Below are positions 8,275 through 16,372 of a DNA stretch of 64,000 bases, piece by piece. The position numbers and the translations under genes were made by a program. The notes below the pieces were generated by a model, which saw nothing but the letters and a program-made list of their open reading frames with translations, was not told the origin of the DNA and searched no databases. The stretch comes from Patescibacteria group bacterium. Its GTDB lineage: Bacteria > Patescibacteriota > Patescibacteriia > UBA1558 > GWA2-36-10. The stretch lies in the NCBI GenBank assembly GCA_041665545.1, contig JBAYIQ010000004.1, positions 18,132 to 82,131 of the forward strand, read 5' to 3'. Positions within the stretch are counted from its first letter, which is position 1. Each line of letters begins with the position of its first letter.

Positions 8275-8385
8275 CCCAGTTAGAAATTTACCTTAGTTGG
8301 CATATGAGATAAACTTATATAAGCAACTAAGTGACAATTTTACTAATAATACGGCATAAAATATTCAAAATAATTTCTAACTGGG
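8275..8385. repeat. Inverted-repeat element of the CCCGTTAGAAATT family (copy E1)
   Basis: CCCAGTTAGAAATT at 8275-8288 and its reverse complement AATTTCTAACTGGG at 8372-8385 flank a 83 bp AT-rich interior. The arms match copies E2-E5 at 34666-34745, 46548-46626, 47786-47889 and 47896-48044. Confidence 0.5.
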
Positions 8386-8439
8386 CTAATATTAGCCAAA
8401 AGTATTGCTTCTGTAAAGAAATGGCAGTAAATATAGGGA

Positions 8440-8468
8440 TTGACAAAATTTGATAAAGGGTGTATAAT
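8440..8468 (+). promoter_or_regulatory. Exact consensus sigma70 promoter with extended -10 (TTGACA-17-TGTATAAT) for the 8652 gene
   Basis: TTGACAAAATTTGATAAAGGGTGTATAAT. It is followed by a leader of about 180 nt containing the palindromes TATCTATTATATAGATAG and CTTTACATGGTGTAAAG, then the Shine-Dalgarno AAAAGGAGAG and the ATG. Confidence 0.6.
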
Positions 8469-8651
8469 TTTATGTTACTTTAAGTACCTTAATATTTACT
8501 TGCAAACAGCCATAATAGCCCCAGCGTTTAGATTATCTATTATATAGATAGTTTAACCGCTGCGGCTATTCGATAGTCGCTTCTACTGGTGTGCCTTGTG
8601 TCTTTACATGGTGTAAAGATAAGAGGTGTACCGAAAAAAGGAGAGAAAACC

Positions 8652-9242
8652 ATGGCTCGTCAGAAGAGTGAGTTCGTGAGTGCCCTGGGCACGGCCTTCG
8701 AGATGATCAAGCTGATCGCCGAGGAGGTCTACTTCCTGGGTGGTAACGACAACAACATGCGGACGATCCTCAAGGATCGCAAGCTGCGTCAGCAGATCGC
8801 CAAGTTGTTGGTCGCCAACACCGGTGATGTCTGCGCGTTGGACATCTTCGGCAAGAGCATCGATGAGCTGGTAAGGCAGGGTAACTACGACTGGGCCAAC
8901 AACAGCATCAACGACCACAACTTCAAGGCGGACGAGATGCACCAGACCGAAGTCTTTCTCAAGCACTTCGGCCAGAACATGAGTATGGAGGCCGTGCTCA
9001 ATGCTCTGGATGCCGACGGCCTGCGTCCGGCGACCATGTCCGAGCTGCTCGGGTTCGGCATTCGCTATCCCGAACTGCAGCGGCAGTTCCCCATCGTGGC
9101 CCTCGGCTCTGTCTTGCAGTTTACCGGTGGTGGACGTCGTGCCGGTTGCCTCTACGGCAGTGCTGACGAGCGCAGGCTCGGTCTGAACTGGGTCGACGGT
9201 GACTTGAGCGGTGCCTATCGCGTCGCTGCTGTTCGCAAGTAA
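8652..9242 (+). CDS. High-GC hypothetical cytoplasmic protein (197 aa), unknown function
   Basis: ORF track 8589..9242; the start is set at MARQKSEF, directly after a strong Shine-Dalgarno. There is no TM segment and I recognise no motifs. The clearly elevated GC gives the codon usage of a high-GC organism. Confidence 0.5.
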   Translation: MARQKSEFVSALGTAFEMIKLIAEEVYFLGGNDNNMRTILKDRKLRQQIAKLLVANTGDVCALDIFGKSIDELVRQGNYDWANNSINDHNFKADEMHQTEVFLKHFGQNMSMEAVLNALDADGLRPATMSELLGFGIRYPELQRQFPIVALGSVLQFTGGGRRAGCLYGSADERRLGLNWVDGDLSGAYRVAAVRK

Positions 9243-9313
9243 CTGGCACTTGGCCACTTGTGTCCTCGGGACTTGATTGTCCCTTTGACACTTGGCCTCG
9301 GCCAAATCGCAAG

Positions 9314-9359
9314 ACTCCGCTTTAATCGCTTCAGTGTGATGGGCGGAGTTTTCTTTTTT
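9314..9359 (+). terminator. Rho-independent terminator of the 8652 gene
   Basis: ACTCCGC...GCGGAGT hairpin followed by TTTCTTTTTT. Confidence 0.55.
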
Positions 9360-9384
9360 AAATAAAAAAACGCCAACCCCATAC

Positions 9385-9468
9385 TGTCATTCCCGCGAAA
9401 GCGGGAATCTACTATTATTATACCAATGGCAAATCAATGGTAGATCCTGGATCAAGTCCGGGATGACA
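9385..9468. mobile_element. MITE-like palindromic element, family A, full copy
   Basis: An 84 bp element with terminal inverted repeats TGTCATTCCCGCGAAAGCGGGAATCTAC / GTAGATCCTGGATCAAGTCCGGGATGACA. Each arm is a GC-rich hairpin. A second copy lies at 7714-7780. Confidence 0.5.
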
Positions 9469-9528
9469 ATGAAAAACGGCGAATTAAAAGTCTAGTATTC
9501 TTGCGAGAAACCAAAACCCCGCACCAAC

Positions 9529-9603
9529 TGGTCCCCTCACCAGGAATCGAACCTGGATCTAGAGCTTAGGAGTCTCTTGTTCTATCCATTGAACTATGAG
9601 AGG
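9529..9603 (-). tRNA. tRNA-Arg (anticodon CCU)
   Basis: A manual cloverleaf fits. The acceptor stem is CCTCTCA/TGAGGGG, followed by T8 A9. The D-stem is GTTC/GAAC. The anticodon loop CTCCTAA gives anticodon CCT. The T-arm is CCAGG-TTCGATT-CCTGG, and the discriminator A and CCA are encoded. The plus strand shows the diagnostic GGAATCGAACC. Confidence 0.8.
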
Positions 9604-9722
9604 GTCAAGTGGTGCGGGGCAAACTCCAATCCAATCTACAAAGCACACGAGTGCCCTGTTTATTAAAAATAAGGGCTAGTTGTTTGTCCCTAATATTAGC
9701 TAATAGTTTGAGTCGTAATATA

Positions 9723-9851
9723 TTACTGAAGCATTTTGGTCAAAAACTGAGTACGGCTCTCAATCATATAAACTACCAAATAAATTACTAGGATTGCTCC
9801 AACAATAATTCCCAACCTTTTTAGTTCTGCTTTAATATTTTTGTCAGTCAT
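9723..9851 (-). CDS. Possible small single-TM protein (42 aa)
   Basis: ATG...TAA ORF MTDKNIKAELKRLGIIVGAILVIYLVVYMIESRTQFLTKMLQ on the minus strand, not in the track because it is under 60 aa. It has a hydrophobic core and no obvious Shine-Dalgarno. Confidence 0.2.
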   Translation of the reverse strand: MTDKNIKAELKRLGIIVGAILVIYLVVYMIESRTQFLTKMLQ

Positions 9852-9985
9852 AATAGTGTTTATTAATTAATGCCGTGTAATTTTAGTATATACGGCTGTT
9901 TTTGTCCATGGTTTTTTGTATTTCTTTGACAATTTTGGCTCCTTAAACTAAAATTAAGGTCGTTAATTTATAATAAAAAAATAAT

Positions 9986-10429
9986 ATGTTTGGTAAAAAA
10001 GAAGCAGTAGTAAGCACAAAAAATATTGAAACAATAATCGGCCCCTCGGTAAAAGTAGAGGGTAATTTTGCGGGTGAAGGAGATTTGGTCATTGAAGGTA
10101 TGCTGGTTGGCACCCTAAACACCAAAAATAACCTCAAAATCGGCTCTAGTGCCGTAGTAGAGGCCACTGTCCGGGCCAATAACGCCTTTATTGCTGGCCG
10201 AGTCAAGGGCAATATCACTATCAAAGGGCGACTAGAAATCACTAGCTCAGCCGTAATTGTCGGCGACATCAAGGCCGCGGTTCTGTCCATAGAGAGTGGC
10301 GCCTTGATTCAGGGCAATGTGGCTATGCCTTTCGGCGAAGCAAAACACGAGGAACACCGCCCTAATCCCAAAAAAGAAGTGAAGCGAGCTGAAAATGAGT
10401 TGCCCGAAGAAAAACCTTTGGAGTCATAA
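9986..10429 (+). CDS. Bactofilin (polymer-forming cytoskeletal protein)
   Basis: Repetitive beta-helical bactofilin (DUF583) core GNFAGEGDLVIEGMLVGTLNTKNNLKIGSSAVVEATVRANNAFIAGRVKGNITIKGRLEITSSAVIVGDI, with a charged C-terminal tail. Confidence 0.7.
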   Translation: MFGKKEAVVSTKNIETIIGPSVKVEGNFAGEGDLVIEGMLVGTLNTKNNLKIGSSAVVEATVRANNAFIAGRVKGNITIKGRLEITSSAVIVGDIKAAVLSIESGALIQGNVAMPFGEAKHEEHRPNPKKEVKRAENELPEEKPLES

Positions 10430-10437
10430 ATTTTGTT

Positions 10438-11184
10438 ATGTATCTTTACATATACGATTCATTTTTGAGTGACAAAAAATATTCTGACCTCTTAGCCCAA
10501 ATTGAAAAACGCGTTACTGACTTGGGCATCAAGGGAAGAATTGCGCGTCTTTCGATTCTAAAAAATATGAAGGAGTTGATCACCGACGGAATCAAGTCTG
10601 GTGTTCAGACTGTGGTGGTCATTGGCAATGTTCAAACTTTTGCCAAAGTTATTAATATTGTGGCTGGCTTGGAAGTGGTGCTTGGTTTGATACCAGTGGA
10701 GAACGACAACAAGATTGCTAAGATGCTGGGCATACCACCAAAACTTTTGGCCTGCGATGTTATTGCTTCGCGCATTATAAAAAAAATTGACCTCGGTCTA
10801 ATCAATGGTCATTTTTTTGTGGGGCAAGCAGAAATTAATGATGCCAATGTTTTGATTGAGTATGACGGCTACAATGTGCGACCAACTACGGCTAATAATA
10901 ATATTACTATTTATAATTTTGCCGAGCGTTGTATAATACCAAATTCAACACCAGTTGATGGCGTGCTGGAGGTAGTGATCACACCAATGAAGTCTGGCGT
11001 CTTTGGTAAAAAAAATATTACTGGCACTATTTTACCTTTTTCCAAAATTAAAATAAGCACCGAGGGCGAGGAGCAGGTCTCCATCTTGACTGACGAACAG
11101 GTGATCATGAAGACGCCGGCTGAGATAAGTGTGGCGCCCCAAAAACTCCGAGTGATAGTGGGTCCAGAAAGATGTTTTGAATAA
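10438..11184 (+). CDS. Diacylglycerol-kinase catalytic-domain (DAGK_cat/YegS-like) family protein, divergent
   Basis: N-terminal fold pattern ...GVQTVVVIGNVQTFAKVINIVAG... resembles the DAGK_cat GGDGT region, with the motif degenerate. Confidence 0.4.
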   Translation: MYLYIYDSFLSDKKYSDLLAQIEKRVTDLGIKGRIARLSILKNMKELITDGIKSGVQTVVVIGNVQTFAKVINIVAGLEVVLGLIPVENDNKIAKMLGIPPKLLACDVIASRIIKKIDLGLINGHFFVGQAEINDANVLIEYDGYNVRPTTANNNITIYNFAERCIIPNSTPVDGVLEVVITPMKSGVFGKKNITGTILPFSKIKISTEGEEQVSILTDEQVIMKTPAEISVAPQKLRVIVGPERCFE

Positions 11185-11211
11185 AACCTAGTTTAGATAA
11201 CTAGTTTAGAT

Positions 11212-11251
11212 GTGCAAAAAAACCGCCTAAATTGAGGCGGTCTTTTTTTTG
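11212..11251. terminator. Bidirectional rho-independent terminator between convergent genes
   Basis: A-run, hairpin ACCGCC-TAAATTG-AGGCGGT, then TCTTTTTTTTG. It serves the plus-strand gene ending at 11184 and minus-strand yidC, whose stop lies within the stem. Confidence 0.7.
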
Positions 11252-11922
11252 AAACCCAGCACCATATATTGCTGGAGTATTGAGAAAAGTGTAGTAAATA
11301 GCCAATAAAGCGTCAAGCCAGCCGGCAAATTGCCACCGATGACGATCGTAAAAATCGGCATAAAATAAATCATCTGATTGGTCATTATTTTGGACATGCC
11401 GGTTTGTTGTGATTTGCCCATCAACATCTTGGACTGCCAAAATTGAGCCACTCCGGCTAATATAGCAATGATCCAATTCTTGCTAGCCAAATTAATAAAG
11501 CCAAAAGCAATTATGTTTAGTTGGCCGGGATTTTGAACAAAAGAATACAAGGCGCCATTGCTGTTGTCTTTGGTCAAGCCGTTTAAAAAAACTTGGTACA
11601 GGGCAATCAAAAATGGTAATTGTATTAAGGTTGGCAAACAAGAAGAAAAGGGATTTATTTTTCTTTCTTTGTAGAGGGCCATAAGCTCAGGCGCCATCTT
11701 TTCTTTGTCATCTTTGTATTTTTCTTTGATCTTTTCTATTTCCGGTTGAATGGTTTGCAATTCTTTTTGCGACTTGATGGCTTTTTGAGAAAAGGGATAT
11801 AAGGCCAATCTAATAACCAAAGTGATTAGAATGATGGCCACGCCCAAATCCTTACCAGGAACCAGGTTGTACAAAAAAATCAGTAAGTTGTAAATTGGTT
11901 GATAAAAAATTGTGTAAAACAT
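11227..11922 (-). CDS. yidC: Membrane protein insertase YidC (short form)
   Basis: AIILITLVIRLALYPFSQKAIKSQKELQTIQPEIEKIKEKYKDDKEKMAPELMALYKERKINPFSSCLPTLIQLPFLIALY matches the YidC/Oxa1 conserved core. Genomic context is rpmH-rnpA-yidD-yidC. Confidence 0.85.
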   Translation of the reverse strand: MFYTIFYQPIYNLLIFLYNLVPGKDLGVAIILITLVIRLALYPFSQKAIKSQKELQTIQPEIEKIKEKYKDDKEKMAPELMALYKERKINPFSSCLPTLIQLPFLIALYQVFLNGLTKDNSNGALYSFVQNPGQLNIIAFGFINLASKNWIIAILAGVAQFWQSKMLMGKSQQTGMSKIMTNQMIYFMPIFTIVIGGNLPAGLTLYWLFTTLFSILQQYMVLGFKKKTASI

Positions 11923-11925
11923 ATT

Positions 11926-12201
11926 TTATTTGATTGGATCAATTCCGCCCTTTGACCAGGGGTTACAGCGCGCTATGCGCCAAAGCGATAAATAAATTCC
12001 TTTTATGGTTCCGTGTTTTTCAAACGCCTGTCGACTATATTCCGAACAATGCGGATGAAAGCGACAAAAACCATGGGGGAAAAATATTTTTAAGTATCCT
12101 TGGTCTGGCGAAAATATTTTTTGATAAATTTTAATTAAAAAAATAAATATACTAGCCAACAAGTGGTCGATTATCTTTATTGCTCTTAACATTGCTTTCA
12201 A
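11926..12201 (-). CDS. yidD: Membrane protein insertion efficiency factor YidD
   Basis: A 91 aa protein with FCRFHPHCSEYSRQAFEKHG...RCNPWSKGGIDP (YidD signature). It overlaps the rnpA 3' end. Confidence 0.8.
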   Translation of the reverse strand: MKAMLRAIKIIDHLLASIFIFLIKIYQKIFSPDQGYLKIFFPHGFCRFHPHCSEYSRQAFEKHGTIKGIYLSLWRIARCNPWSKGGIDPIK

Positions 12202-12538
12202 TATACAGGCGAGTTGTTTTTAAAGCAAATTGGAATTGCTTCTGCAAATCTGGCAGAGTAAGCCCAACACAGCTTTTTTTGGCTATAAACAAAATGTCTA
12301 CTCCGACTTTAATTTTGCTTAGTTCTGGTCTAATGGCCTCCCGCATACGACGCTTGGTCTTGTTTCTAACAACGGCCCGCTTATCCACCTTAGTAGAAAC
12401 AACAAAGCCCAGACGTAGCAAATTTTGGTTATTATATTGATATTTGAGGGTTAATTGGGGTAAAAAAAAAGTTTTGCCCCCACGGACCAAGTTTTTGATA
12501 TCCTTATCTGCGTGTAGCCTAAATTTTTTAGGCAACAT
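12152..12538 (-). CDS. rnpA: Ribonuclease P protein component
   Basis: KRAVVRNKTKRRMREAI matches the RnpA RNR motif. It is positioned between rpmH and yidD. Confidence 0.85.
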   Translation of the reverse strand: MLPKKFRLHADKDIKNLVRGGKTFFLPQLTLKYQYNNQNLLRLGFVVSTKVDKRAVVRNKTKRRMREAIRPELSKIKVGVDILFIAKKSCVGLTLPDLQKQFQFALKTTRLYIESNVKSNKDNRPLVG

Positions 12539-12541
12539 AAT

Positions 12542-12682
12542 TTAGAGACTTATTTTCTTTCGGCCCCTGGCTTTTCGTCTTTTCAAGACTTTTCGACCAT
12601 CTTTGGTGGCCATGCGCTTCATAAAGCCGTGCTTTCTGGCTCTTTTTCTTTTTTTTGGTTGGTATGTCCTTTTTGTTGCCAT
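12542..12682 (-). CDS. rpmH: 50S ribosomal protein L34
   Basis: A 46 aa ORF missed by the 60 aa track cutoff: [46 protein letters not shown], near-consensus L34. It is immediately upstream of rnpA. Confidence 0.85.
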   Translation of the reverse strand: MATKRTYQPKKRKRARKHGFMKRMATKDGRKVLKRRKARGRKKISL

Positions 12683-12841
12683 ATAAAATTAAATTACCTA
12701 AATAAAATAACATATTTACTTAATTTAATCAAGGGGAGTCACCAACTTGATTATACCCACATTTTATTAACAATTTATGCACTCTCGGTCTTATTTGAGC
12801 ATTTAAAAATATGTGGTATATTTACTGCAGTTTGTAAAAAC

Positions 12842-14212
12842 ATGGATAATTACGAAAAAATTTGGCAAAGTGTCCTGGGTCAACTGGAGTTATTGATCAG
12901 TAGGGCTAATTTTACCACCTGGTTCAAAAATACCTTTTTGGCCGAGTTTGATAACCAGCAAGTTGTGGTTGGGGTACCCAATTCCTTTACCAAGGTTTGG
13001 TTAGAAAAGAAGTATCACGATCACATTACTAAGGCCCTGGAAGACACCTTATCAAAAAGTAATCTACAAGTTATCTACAGGGTGGAAAATAGGGAAAGTT
13101 TAGCTAATATTAGCAAAAATGTTGAGATTGTTGACAAGCCAAGCGAGGAGCTTGTGCACAACCAAAGCCCACAGCCAAAGGCAAGTAATAAGTATGGTTT
13201 AAACCAAAATTATACCTTTAATTCCTTTGTTGTTGGCCCAGGCAATGAGCTGGCCCAGGCAGCAGCTATGGCCGCAGCCCAAAAACCCGGCGAAATGTAT
13301 AACCCTTTGTTTATATACGGGGGTGTGGGTTTGGGCAAAACCCATCTAGCCCAGGCCGTTGGTAACTATATTTTGGCTAAAAATCCACAAAAAAAGGTCC
13401 TTTATATCAATAGCGAAAAATTCACTAATGACTTTATTTTTGCTATAAAAAGGGGCCAAACAGATGAATTTAAGAACATTTATCGCAATGTGGATGTCTT
13501 ATTGATAGATGATATTCAGTTTATTGCTGGAAAAGAGCAGACCCAAGAGGAGTTTTTTCACACCTTCAACGCTCTACACCAAAATAACAAGCAAATTGTG
13601 CTTTCTTCTGATCGACCACCCAAAGCGCTGGGTGGGGTGGAAAATCGTTTGATTTCCCGTTTTGAGTGGGGCATGATTGCTGATATTTCTTTTCCTGACT
13701 TAGAAACCAGGGTGGCTATTTTGGAAATAAAATGCCAACAAAAAAATTATCATTTAGAAAAAGCCCTAGTACAACTGGTGGCCGAAAGTATTCAAGAAAA
13801 TATCCGCGAGCTAGAAGGAGCACTAAACAGGATTATTGCTTTTCATCAACTGAACAATACGCGACCTTCTTTGGAAAGTGTGCGCTCACTTTTGGGTGGC
13901 ATTTCCGCCAATCCAAAAAAAGCCGGACTAACTACTAAAAAATTATTAAAAACTGTTATTGAATTTTTTGATATTAGTATGGATGAGTTGCTTGGTGCCA
14001 GTCGCAAAAAAGAATTGGTCATGCCGCGACAAATTGCCATGTACTTGATGCGCGAACAACTAAAATCATCCTTCCCAAACATTGGACACGAAATTGGTAG
14101 TCGCGATCACACCACAGCCATGCATGCTTGTGTGAAAATATCTGAATTAGTAGCGACTGATGAACGCGTAAAAAATGATATTGCTGTACTCAAACAAAAG
14201 CTCTATGAATAA
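12842..14212 (+). CDS. dnaA: Chromosomal replication initiator protein DnaA
   Basis: ORF track 12629..14212; the start is set at MDNYEKIWQ, because the upstream part overlaps rpmH. AAA+ Walker A GVGLGKTHLAQA, sensor motifs, and a C-terminal DNA-binding domain (IAMYLMREQLKSSFPNIGHEIGSRDHTTAMHACVKI). Confidence 0.9.
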   Translation: MDNYEKIWQSVLGQLELLISRANFTTWFKNTFLAEFDNQQVVVGVPNSFTKVWLEKKYHDHITKALEDTLSKSNLQVIYRVENRESLANISKNVEIVDKPSEELVHNQSPQPKASNKYGLNQNYTFNSFVVGPGNELAQAAAMAAAQKPGEMYNPLFIYGGVGLGKTHLAQAVGNYILAKNPQKKVLYINSEKFTNDFIFAIKRGQTDEFKNIYRNVDVLLIDDIQFIAGKEQTQEEFFHTFNALHQNNKQIVLSSDRPPKALGGVENRLISRFEWGMIADISFPDLETRVAILEIKCQQKNYHLEKALVQLVAESIQENIRELEGALNRIIAFHQLNNTRPSLESVRSLLGGISANPKKAGLTTKKLLKTVIEFFDISMDELLGASRKKELVMPRQIAMYLMREQLKSSFPNIGHEIGSRDHTTAMHACVKISELVATDERVKNDIAVLKQKLYE

Positions 14213-14445
14213 ACTGTTGACTAGTTGGTGGGCGCTTGTGTAAATCTCCTGGAAAATAATTTTTTTTAAAAGACAAGATTAAAATCGCGACTTTCTGCAC
14301 AGAGTTATCAGGTGGTCGTGCACAAGACAAATAGATAAATAAACACAAAATCACTGAACAAATACTTTATACAGCTCAAACTTATCAACATATGCACCGC
14401 GCCTACTACGGCTATATAATATATATATAAATTAATAATAAGTAT

Positions 14446-15552
14446 ATGAAAATTATTTGCACGCAAGAAAATTTAAATTACGGATTGGGATTAGTTTCAC
14501 ATATCGCCAATAAAAACAGTAATTTGCCCATATTAAACAATGTTTTGATTAAAGCGGAGAAAGAGGGCATTACTCTAATAACCACTGATCTAGAAATCGG
14601 CGTAAAGGTTTTTGTGCGTAGCAAAGTAGAGGAGGAAGGCGCCTTTACCGTGGATGCTAAACTGTTAAATAGTTTTATTAATTTATTACCAAAAGAAAAC
14701 ATTACCCTGACCTTGGGCGAGGATAATAGTTTGGAAGTGAAAAGTAAAAATCAAGACACGGCCATTCGCGGCATGGAAGCCGAAGACTTTCCACTCATAC
14801 CAGAAATTTCTAAAGACAATGAAATTGAAGTGTCGTCTTTGGATCTCAAAAAAAGCTTGAGCCAAGTAATATTTGCCGCTTCACTGGACAACACTAGAAT
14901 AGAAATAAACGCGGTCAATTTTAATTTCAAGGGAGAGCAATTAACCTTGGCCGCCACTGATAGTTATCGTCTAGCCGAAAAGAAAATAAAAATTGCCAAC
15001 CAAAGTAAAGAAAGCAATTTAATAATCCCCCTAAAAACCCTACAAGAATTATTGCGCATTTTAAATGAAAATTCTGAAAAAAATCTAAAAATATATTTTA
15101 ACGAAAATCAAATAATGTTTTCACTGGATGGTGTGGAGCTAGTCTCCAGAGTAATTGACGGCAACTATCCAGACTACAAGCAAATTATTCCCGACAAATT
15201 TAATACCAACATCAAGTGCGATGCTGATAAATTATTGCCAGCCATCAAAGCAGTTTCTCTTTTTTGTAAGCAGGGGATTAACGACATTAGGGTAAGCTTC
15301 GACAACGCTACCAATGAAATTGTTATTACCACCGCCTCATCGCACGCTGGAAAAAGTCTGGCCAAGGTGCCAGCCGAAATAAGCGGAGAAAACAACGACA
15401 TTGTTTTCAATTATCGTTATATTATAGACGGATTAAACAATATTGATCAAAAAGAGGTGTTTATTAATATAAACAACAACACTTCGCCGGGATTGATAGG
15501 GCCAGTGGGCCATGACGACTATATTTACCTGGTTATGCCGATTAGACAATAG
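14446..15552 (+). CDS. dnaN: DNA polymerase III beta subunit (sliding clamp)
   Basis: N-terminal MKIICTQENLNYGLGLVSHIANKNSNLPILNNVLIKAEKEGITLITTDLEIG is the typical DnaN domain I. It follows dnaA. Confidence 0.85.
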   Translation: MKIICTQENLNYGLGLVSHIANKNSNLPILNNVLIKAEKEGITLITTDLEIGVKVFVRSKVEEEGAFTVDAKLLNSFINLLPKENITLTLGEDNSLEVKSKNQDTAIRGMEAEDFPLIPEISKDNEIEVSSLDLKKSLSQVIFAASLDNTRIEINAVNFNFKGEQLTLAATDSYRLAEKKIKIANQSKESNLIIPLKTLQELLRILNENSEKNLKIYFNENQIMFSLDGVELVSRVIDGNYPDYKQIIPDKFNTNIKCDADKLLPAIKAVSLFCKQGINDIRVSFDNATNEIVITTASSHAGKSLAKVPAEISGENNDIVFNYRYIIDGLNNIDQKEVFININNNTSPGLIGPVGHDDYIYLVMPIRQ

Positions 15553-15721
15553 CTTGTGGAAATGTTTTTTGGCAAATTATTATAAATTTGCTATAATATA
15601 TTGACACTCGAAAATACCTGCGTCGAACAGGGATTTGTCGGGCGCTATAGAGATATGTAATTTCAGAAATGAAGCAAGAAACATCCGTGCGCGATCTAGG
15701 GTGTTTTTTGTTTTATATAAA

Positions 15722-15756
15722 TGAAACCCGCCCACAGAACCGTAGTTCTGGGGCGG
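15722..15756 (-). terminator. Rho-independent terminator of the 15778..16248 gene
   Basis: ACCCGCCCACAGAAC-CGTA-GTTCTGGGGCGGGT hairpin. On the minus strand it is followed by TTTCATTTATATAAAACAAAA (T-rich). Confidence 0.55.
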
Positions 15757-15777
15757 GTGAGGGGTGGAAGTGGGGTC

Positions 15778-16248
15778 CTACTTCTTGGGCTTGATCTTGG
15801 CCAGGCTGGCGGTCTTGAAGCGCCCGAAGGCGCGCTTGACCTGGCGCTTGTAGTCCAGGCCATAGTGGACGGCCAACCACTGTCCCTGAAGCGCGAGCAC
15901 TTCGGGGTCGAGATGGAATTTCTTCCAATCCCTGAGAAGGTGGGCGGTCATGGCCGGCTTGATCCGAGTCACGCGGCGTCGGTTCTTGCTAGCGTCAGGC
16001 TTGACGCGGGCCAGCCGTTTGCGCAGCTTGCCCTGCCTGGAATGCAAGCCGCGAACCTCTTGTCGCAGACGAGAGCGCTGGGCGGATTGACGTCTGTTGG
16101 CCAACTCCAGGCGCGAGATCCTGGCCTGAGACGCTGCCAAACCGGCGGCCAGGTCTTTGAGCGCTTTGTCCACACGGCGCTCGAAGCGGGTCTGTGCTGC
16201 TGCTGTTGAGCGACGCAACGCTGGTAAGGATTGTTTTCGACGGGTCAC
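15778..16248 (-). CDS. High-GC basic coiled-coil-like hypothetical protein (156 aa), GTG start
   Basis: A strong Shine-Dalgarno (AAGGAGGA) lies 7 nt upstream of the GTG, with its own terminator and its own TTGACA-17-TATAAA promoter. GC is about 60%. The protein is very basic (RRKQSLPALRRS...RRQSAQRSRLRQEVRGLHSRQGKLRKRLARVKP). Confidence 0.5.
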   Translation of the reverse strand: MTRRKQSLPALRRSTAAAQTRFERRVDKALKDLAAGLAASQARISRLELANRRQSAQRSRLRQEVRGLHSRQGKLRKRLARVKPDASKNRRRVTRIKPAMTAHLLRDWKKFHLDPEVLALQGQWLAVHYGLDYKRQVKRAFGRFKTASLAKIKPKK

Positions 16249-16301
16249 GTAAGGTCCTCCTTGTGTTTGGGCGGAACAGCGGCTGAATTGCCGAACACTA
16301 T

Positions 16302-16330
16302 TTTATACACCATAATCACATTTTTGTCAA
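16302..16330 (-). promoter_or_regulatory. Near-consensus sigma70 promoter (TTGACA-17-TATAAA) for the 15778..16248 gene
   Basis: Minus-strand reading TTGACAAAAATGTGATTATGGTGTATAAA. Confidence 0.5.
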
Positions 16331-16372
16331 CAGTAAATTGCCCAGATATTTTAAATTTGTTATTATAAGGGC

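Noticed and set aside
8604-9305. Long antisense ORFs inside the high-GC islets (e.g. 8604..9305 -, 9121..9312 -, 15721..16209 +, 15969..16175 -, 39273..39494 +, 57694..57957 -)
   Set aside because: High GC suppresses stop codons, so long spurious ORFs appear on both strands. The chosen strand in each islet is the one with a Shine-Dalgarno, a promoter and a terminator in the right orientation. The antisense ORFs lack these.
9240-9620. A duplicated copy of the tRNA-Arg 3' end (att-like direct repeat) marking the far boundary of the 7.9-9.4 kb islet
   Set aside because: Only a weak partial resemblance (CAGGAATC) was seen at about 7728. It is too short to call an att site.
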